Shown here in pieces: positions 58,238-64,000 of a stretch of DNA of 64,000 bases (its first letter is position 1; every line of letters begins with the position of its first letter). The DNA is from an uncultured Gemmatimonadaceae bacterium. GTDB lineage: Bacteria > Gemmatimonadota > Gemmatimonadetes > Gemmatimonadales > Gemmatimonadaceae. The notes beneath the pieces are model-generated. The model saw nothing but the letters and a program-made list of their open reading frames with translations. It did no database searches and was not told where the DNA came from. The stretch spans positions 1 to 64,000 of the forward strand of contig CAWBOC010000006.1 of the NCBI GenBank assembly GCA_963790305.1, in the 5' to 3' direction. The position numbers and the translations under genes are program-made.

Positions 58238-58325
58238 GGACAGGTGGCCGAGAGGCTGAAGGCGCCGGTCTCGAAAACCGGTATACGGTAACCCCGTATC
58301 GTGAGTTCGAATCTCACCCTGTCCG
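58238..58325 (+). tRNA. tRNA-Ser(CGA)
   Basis: Acceptor GGACAGG/CCTGTCC with G discriminator, anticodon arm CCGGT-CTCGAAA-ACCGG, long variable arm, GTTCGAATC; CCA not encoded. Confidence 0.96.
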
Positions 58326-58333
58326 TGAATCCG

Positions 58334-58389
58334 AATGCGGAATACGGGATGCGGAGGGTGTTCCGCAATCTGGTTCCGCATTCCGCATT
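58334..58389. repeat. Intergenic palindrome E of (A/G)AT(G/A)CGG heptamers between the tRNAs
   Basis: AATGCGG-AATACGG-GATGCGG on the left; TTCCGCA ... TTCCGCATTCCGCATT on the right. Confidence 0.75.
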
Positions 58390-58397
58390 GTTGTCGA

Positions 58398-58484
58398 GGA
58401 TGGGTGGCCGAGTGGCTTAAGGCGCACGCCTGGAAAGCGTGTGGACGGGCAACCGTCTCGCGAGTTCGAATCTCGCCCCATCCG
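58398..58484 (+). tRNA. tRNA-Ser(GGA)
   Basis: Acceptor GGATGGG/CCCATCC with G discriminator, anticodon arm CACGC-CTGGAAA-GCGTG, long variable arm, GTTCGAATC. Confidence 0.96.
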
Positions 58485-58487
58485 TTG

Positions 58488-58522
58488 GCCCCGCGACGAG
58501 GGTTAGCCTCGCGCGGGGCTTT
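58488..58522. terminator. Hairpin terminator after the tRNAs, overlapping the end of the convergent kinase gene
   Basis: GCCCCGCG-ACGAGG-GTTAG-CCTCG-CGCGGGGC followed by TT. Confidence 0.6.
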
Positions 58523-59450
58523 CCGCTAATGCTCGCGGGAGCCGCAGCGTAAAGGTGCTTCCCTGGCCGCGCGTGCTCTCGACGGTGAGGTCACCTTGCA
58601 TGACGCGCGCGAGCTCGCGACTGATCGCCAACCCGAGTCCCGTCCCGCGTCCTCGCGGCTGCGACGGTTCGAGCTGAACGAACGGGTCGAATACGGCGTC
58701 CAGCTTTCCCGCGGGGATGCCAACGCCCGTGTCCTGCACCAGCAGCGACACCGCGTCTGACGCGGACGCGGCGATCACCCGCACGACGCCGCCAGCGGGC
58801 GTGAACTTCACCGCGTTCGACAGAAGGTTCAGCATGATCTGCTCGACGCGCTCGCGATCCGCCTGAAAGGCGAGGGCGGGGTCATCCAGCACCGTCTCCA
58901 GTATCAGATGACTCGCCCGGGCCTGCGGCTCGATCATCGAATGCACCGTCTCGATGACGCTTTGCACGGGGACCGCCGACACCTTCAGCACGAATTGCCC
59001 CGATTCGATCTTGGCGAGATCGAGCAGCTCGTTCACCAGTCGCAGAATGTGGTTCTGACTGTGCCGAATCCGCTCGATGTATTCGCGCTGGCCCTCGGTG
59101 AGCGGCCCCCGGATCTCCTCATCGAGCAACGCGGCGTATCCGCCGATGGCGCCAAGGGGAGTGCGGAGCTCGTGGCTGATGACGTTGAGGAACCGACCCT
59201 TCGCGTCATTGGCGGCCTGAGCGGCGCGGCGGGCCGCGTCCGCTTCGGCCCGCGCTCGGTCACGCTCCTGCAGCAGTGCTTCTGCACGTTCCAGCGACTC
59301 GGCGAGCGCGGCGGTCTTCGCTTCCAACGCCTCGCGAATGCGAATCAGCTCCTGCTCCGCGCGTTGACGCGCGAGGAAGATGCTCGTCGCGTTCTGGAGA
59401 GCGACTGCCTGGAGCAGTTTCTCTTCGTCGCTCTCCTCGCGGTCGGTCAT
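58503..59450 (-). CDS. Cytoplasmic histidine kinase with no recognisable sensor domain
   Basis: N-terminal helix/coiled coil, H-box 'FLNVISHELRTPL', 'NLLSNAVKFT', 'VQDTGVGIP', 'GTGLGLAISR', 'GSTF'; no TM, PAS or complete GAF; start overlaps the upstream stop (ATGA). Confidence 0.92.
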   Translation of the reverse strand: MTDREESDEEKLLQAVALQNATSIFLARQRAEQELIRIREALEAKTAALAESLERAEALLQERDRARAEADAARRAAQAANDAKGRFLNVISHELRTPLGAIGGYAALLDEEIRGPLTEGQREYIERIRHSQNHILRLVNELLDLAKIESGQFVLKVSAVPVQSVIETVHSMIEPQARASHLILETVLDDPALAFQADRERVEQIMLNLLSNAVKFTPAGGVVRVIAASASDAVSLLVQDTGVGIPAGKLDAVFDPFVQLEPSQPRGRGTGLGLAISRELARVMQGDLTVESTRGQGSTFTLRLPRALAESPARG

Positions 59451-60516
59451 GCTCGTCCATTGAGGAGCTCGGCGGCGAGCGCCGTGCCGCGCACGCGGGC
59501 CTCGATCTTCGCGAATGCCGTCTCGCGAGTCGTCAATGTGTCGTCGCTGAACGGCGCGAAGCCGCAATCGTCCGTCGTGCCGAGTTGATCGAGGGGGATG
59601 TATTCAGCAGCCTCGAGCACGCGATCCCGCACTTCCTCTGCCGTATCGACACGTGGGTCGATCGGGGACACCACCCCGACGAAAATCTGACGGCCCGGTT
59701 TCATGTGACGGCGAATGATCTTCAGCACACGCACGCGATCGCGTCTCACCAGCCAGCGACATGCAGAAGTACCCGACGTTGAGCTCGAAGAGCCGCGGGA
59801 GCAGCGCGGCGTAGTCGACATCTGCGCTGTGCGTCGAGTCGCGGTCACCCCCGGGACAGGTATGCACACCGATGCGTGTGCGATCCTCGGCGGAGAACCG
59901 CGACAGCGCAAGATTGTTGAGGTCGATGAAGCTATTCAGCAACTGGCCAGTGGGATCGATCTTCATCGCCAGGCGCGCTTCGGTGAAATCGATCTGCACC
60001 TTGAAGGCGCCTTTCTGGAGACAGCGACGGATCTCCTTCTCGTGCTCGCCTAACAGGTCGTCGATGAACTGATCGCGCGAATAGCCGGGAATCTCGCTCG
60101 CCGGATACATGAGGCTGAGCGCCGACGGGGAGATGACCGCCTGCTTCAGCGGCCGCTGGGCGTAGCGGAGGGCGACGTCGAGGTAGCTGTCCGCATACCG
60201 CTTGATAGCGAAACGGACCACGCGTCAGGCGCGGCATCCGTCGTGTATGGCCCGCCACGAACGGGATGCGAAAGCCGTCGGGCGCGGTGTTCGACGACCC
60301 GTGGACGGAATACGTCCAGAAGTTCTCGTATTTGCGCTGTTCGCCGTCGGTGATGACCGGAGATCCGGTGGCCTCGAAGCGCTCGATCGTATCCCGGACC
60401 GCTTCCTCGTACTGGGGATCGTCATCCGGGTCGACGATGTGGCCTGCGGCAACCGCCTCGATCAACTCGACCGGTCTTGGAATACTGCCAATCGGCTCAG
60501 TCGGGATGGTGTTCAT
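59447..60516 (-). CDS. Stand-alone cobalamin-independent methionine synthase II (MetE C-terminal barrel) family protein; frameshifts near 60205 and 59745
   Basis: 'TEPIGSIPRP', 'ITDGEQ', 'VQIDFTE', Zn ligands 'HTC' and 'DDCGF', 'GVVSPIDPRVDTAEEVRDRV'; about 355 aa. Confidence 0.9.
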
Positions 60517-60775
60517 CGCTGCTGGCGCGTGCCAGTGGTAGTCACCGCTCGCCGGAAAGAACGCTGAGTGCGCGAGGAACTGCCAGACCCTGTGGGTTGG
60601 CACCTTCCGACCACCACCCAGTGGTAACCCCTCGCGGGCCGGATTCACCTGCGGTCAAGGCGCGTGCAAGGGAGAGCGGTGCCTGGGATCTGCTGAATGC
60701 GTCAATCGCGAGGAAGCTCGCGAGTCAATATGCCTCCGCGCTTGGTAGAAACGCTAGTTCCGCCCAACGCGAGTC

Positions 60776-60802
60776 GGGGTGTGGGTCACGCCCACACCCC
60801 GC
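60776..60802 (-). terminator. Hairpin after the pilX-like gene
   Basis: CGGGGTGTGGG-N5-CCCACACCCCG about 10 nt after the stop at 60813; no clear U-tract. Confidence 0.55.
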
Positions 60803-60812
60803 CGTCGATTGC

Positions 60813-61986
60813 TCAGTACAGCTCGACCCAGGAGCGATCGCGTATCGCGACCGGCGTACGCGGTGCCGCGCAACGCCGACATGCAGCGCGCAGCTGGAAT
60901 AGCGGAACGTCGCGTTCCCCGAGACGGTGTTGTTCGACGTCATCGCGCCGCCGACCGCTACGTTTGCGGCCAGCACGGTTCCGTTGAAGTGACCGCCGGT
61001 CCCCGCCGTTCTCAGCTCTCCGCGAACGATGATCAAGCCCGTAGAACTGGAATCCGCCCTGCAACCTCGAGCGAGCCGTTGACCAGGAGAATTCCCTGTC
61101 CGCGGTCGCCGTTGATCTTGAGATCGCCGGGGGCGTAGATGATCGGGTAGTAGTTCTCGCACGCGTCCCGGCGTGCCGACGGCCACCTTGTTTGGCTCAC
61201 CCCAGTTCAGTGAGGTTCCCGATGTCACACGCGCCGCTCGCGTAGCGGGGGCCGACCCCGGTGTGCGGCCCAGGGCCCATGATCTTGGTCGCCATCGCCA
61301 CGAGGTCGTTCCACTGGTAGTCGCCGTAGCTGAAGTACGTGCTCGTGTCGGCCATCTCGCGTGCCGATCACGCCTGCGGCGTGCCCTGCACGCACAGGTA
61401 GTCCTTGCAGGTACCACCGAGCGAGACGTGCGACCAGTCAGGGATCGCCAGGCCGGGCACGCCGGTACCCGCCGCGGGTGTCGGGCAGTCCCAACCCGGG
61501 AACAGCGTGTCGCGGCCGATCATGGTCGCGGTGCCGCCCGACTTTGGTGTGCCCGCGAGCGGTGAGCGCGCCGTTGATCTCCACGTTAGGGATGCTGAGC
61601 TTGAGCAGGCTGGCGACGCGGCGCCGTGATCCCGAGGCCAGCCCGGTTCCGGACGACGCTTCGGACGAAATGAGAAAGATGTTGTCGTTCAGCCTCGTGA
61701 CGCGGACGGTGGCCGCGGCGCTGCCGGCATCGTACGTCCGGATGAGCGTATCGCCGCGATTCAGGGAGTTGTTCCACGCATTGTTCCAGTTCGCGCGGAT
61801 CGCACTATTGCCGTATTCGGCCGCCTCGAACGCGCGTGTCTGCTGGATGGCGTCGCGCCCGGTGCGGAACTCGGTCGTCGACGCCACGAATGCGCCGGCG
61901 ACGAGCGCGCCGACGAGAGCAATGGCCCCGACGGCGGTGGCCAGCGCAAAGCCGCGACGGTTGTCGGAAATCCAGCGGGTCAACAT
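60813..61986 (-). CDS. PilX-like minor pilin with extended Cys-containing C-terminal domain; several frameshifts
   Basis: 'RRGFALATAVGAIALVGALV..QQTRAFEAAEYG' (class III signal lacking Glu5, PilX-type); later 'GALTARG', 'GGFQFYG', end 'RSWVELY*'. Confidence 0.78.
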
Positions 61987-61996
61987 AGGAGCTCCA

Positions 61997-62909
61997 TTAC
62001 CTCGGATTACGTACGGAGATGGACACACGAAGCGAATCAGCCAGCGCGCCGGAGCGGATCCGCGACCGTTCGCCGGCCGGCGGACCATCCGTGCGCAACA
62101 CCAGCTCAATGAATGCGACGTTCGTCCGGGTCGCGGTGATCGGCTCCTAACGAGTCGCGAAAGGTAAAGCCAATGCCCTGGCCACTCGGCGCCCGCACGG
62201 GCCCTGCCACGACATCCAGCGTACCGCATCCAGCTTTGCACTCGGTATATCCCAGATACCACCGGCCATCGGCCCCGGTGGCCAGCGCATAACGGGCCGG
62301 ACGGAAGAACCGGATCGGCGCGCCGACGAGCGTGGTCACCGGGATCGCCGGGGTCACCGTCAACCGCATACCCGCGGCGGCTTCGCCCGCAGTGCGGGTG
62401 AATCCGGTCGAGGTCGGACACGACTGCGCCGATGCAGGAGCTGCGGACAGACGGTAGGCGCGCCACGTGTCATCGTTTCGCGCCGCTGTGGCACCCTCGT
62501 CGAAGATGAAGAGGGAATCACCAGTCGTCGGTACGTCGCGCCAGGACGTCAGGGGCACTCCCGTCGCCAGCTGTACCGGGGGGATCGTCACGGAGCCACC
62601 ACCCGCCGCGACCGCGCAGACGACCGTGGAGCCCGTCGTGACGCGCAGGTCGACGGACGAGGCGTTCATGGCATAGATGTCCCCGGACCCCGTTCCCAGG
62701 GCGCGTAGCTCACTCGGCAGCAAATCACTGATCTGGCGGAGGCTGCGCTGCGAGGCGACCACGCGTGATGCGCCAGCTTGAAATCGCGTCTGCTCCGCGA
62801 TCGCGCTGGTGACGCCAGCCATGACCAGGCCGAAGATCGTGAGCGCGATCATGAGCTCGATGATCGACGCTCCGCGACGACGCGTCGAGGAGGGATTCCT
62901 GGTCAGCAT
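61997..62909 (-). CDS. PilW-like minor pilin; frameshifts near 62050-62150
   Basis: 'RRRGASIIELMIALTIFGLVM', 'L.SELR'; end 'DSLRVSISVRNPR*'. Confidence 0.82.
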
Positions 62910-63244
62910 GGGCGCACCGAGCGAAAAGTCTGCGTACGGGGCCCGCGACGCGTCTGATACGTTACGCGCGCGGTAAGGAACGCCGACGTGCGAATCGAAT
63001 CCACCTGCCACGACTCGGTGACGCCGCGAGTGTAGCTGCTACCGCCAACGAGGGTCGCGCATCCGCCGCGACGCAACATCTCGAATCGCGATTGCGCGAC
63101 CGACGCCGCGAGCGTGGAACGCCCGCCGGCCCCGATCATTTGTGTGGCGACGGCGCTGCTGGCGGCGAGCCCGAGGAGTGCGACCGTCAGGATCATGATC
63201 GCGACCATGAGCTCGATGAGGCTGAACCCCTTGCGCGCGGTCAT
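62903..63244 (-). CDS. PilV-like minor pilin
   Basis: 'RKGFSLIELMVAIMILTVALLGL..A..AQSRFEMLR'; 113 aa. Confidence 0.88.
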   Translation of the reverse strand: MTARKGFSLIELMVAIMILTVALLGLAASSAVATQMIGAGGRSTLAASVAQSRFEMLRRGGCATLVGGSSYTRGVTESWQVDSIRTSAFLTARVTYQTRRGPRTQTFRSVRPC

Positions 63245-63711
63245 GAGATGCATCCTCCAAGGCGAACGTTTCCATACCGCGAGATGCACAGCTTCGAGTA
63301 CGAGGTACCGTGATACGTGCTGACTTCGACGTGACCGGTGAGCCCGGAGGCGAAACCGCGCGTATCGAAGCGGATCTCAGGCTTGGCGGACGCCAGCGTC
63401 GCGCCGTATTCTGTCGTGAGGCTGAGCGGCGGAAGTATTTCCTGCTCCACGCCGTTGATCGTGCCGAACGCCAGAATTGTCGTCGACGACAGCACGACAC
63501 GAGTCGCGATGCGCCGGCGCGACGCGATGTCGCGCGCGCGGGCGAGCTGCGACACCACCGCCTGCGACGCACTGCGGGCGCTGGCGCGCGTTCGCGCCTG
63601 GAGGAGCCGGGGCGCGGCATACCCGCCCATGACCCCCATCAGCACGACTACGATTGCGACCTCGAGCAGCGTGAATCCGCGCCGGGTACCCATTCGCGTT
63701 ACTCCCCTCAT
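63241..63711 (-). CDS. FimT/FimU/GspH-like minor pilin
   Basis: 'RRGFTLLEVAIVVVLMG..AAP..L..AR..A', 'IRFDTRG', C-terminal Cys pair. Confidence 0.88.
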   Translation of the reverse strand: MRGVTRMGTRRGFTLLEVAIVVVLMGVMGGYAAPRLLQARTRASARSASQAVVSQLARARDIASRRRIATRVVLSSTTILAFGTINGVEQEILPPLSLTTEYGATLASAKPEIRFDTRGFASGLTGHVEVSTYHGTSYSKLCISRYGNVRLGGCIS

Positions 63712-63746
63712 GATGAGATGCGTACGGAATTGCGGGTCCTACTATA

Positions 63747-63762
63747 GGCGCGTTGCGTGCCG
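63747..63762 (-). promoter_or_regulatory. Possible sigma54 -24/-12 promoter of the pilin operon
   Basis: CGGCACGCAACGCGC (GG-N10-GC) on the minus strand; good -24 half, weak -12 half. Confidence 0.3.
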
Positions 63763-64000
63763 CTCATGAAAACCCGCTAATTTTCGAACACAGCCTGGCA
63801 ACTCTCATTGACACAGCAGGTTGCGTCGCTGGTCGCACGTCACATGTATTGTGTGCACGTGTTCGCGGGCGGTTCGACCGGTCGCGGTGACCGAAGCGCC
63901 CGCCAAGAGTTCCGAAGGCGGCCGGCGGAGTAACGAGACCGCGCGCCACGTGATAGTCGCGCGCCGGTGAGTCGCCGTCAGATGCGCCGAACCCCGCACG

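Noticed and set aside
58238..58484. One of the long-variable-arm tRNAs being tRNA-Sec
   Set aside because: Anticodons are CGA and GGA with 7-bp acceptor stems; both are tRNA-Ser.
60560..60700. SAM-I riboswitch upstream of the MetE-like gene (AAGGTGCCAA on the minus strand)
   Set aside because: The other required blocks (ATCxAGAG, GCAACC, P1 pairing) are missing.
58484..60800. Integrative element inserted at tRNA-Ser(GGA)
   Set aside because: No integrase and no duplicated tRNA 3' end (att site) could be found by eye.

Overview
GC-rich bacterial chromosomal window. Gene content and order from about 2.9 kb onward (asnS/mazG/alr/deoB/cdd, mtaB-miaB-comFB-comEC, fbp, mcm, argS, purM, rib operon-nusB, hprK-PTS(Man)-ptsH-ptsP, metK-ahcY, B12 riboswitch-btu operon, recO-selB, mla/MCE operon, clpB, tadA, two tRNA-Ser, minor-pilin operon) suggest a Gemmatimonadota-like organism; this is an inference. 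Many single-base frameshifts hit housekeeping genes (asnS, ribD, selB, clpB), so they are read as long-read assembly indels rather than pseudogenes. The first ~2.9 kb looks joined chimerically: two convergent genes are both truncated at an imperfect tandem duplication. Most interesting observations: (1) a two-gene cassette beside tRNA-Ser in which a stand-alone MetE-like Zn/thiol enzyme is translationally coupled to a sensor-less cytoplasmic histidine kinase, a candidate enzyme-as-sensor signalling system; (2) five long intergenic palindromes built from tandem 7-mers or 9-mers, two of which share a 19-bp terminal inverted repeat; (3) a comFB-comEC-DUF4157 linkage; (4) an MCE/Mla transporter whose ATPase has lost several catalytic motifs; (5) a cargo-less T9SS-CTD/FlgD-Ig-like secreted protein; (6) a minor-pilin cassette with no adjacent pilY1 and an enlarged PilX.
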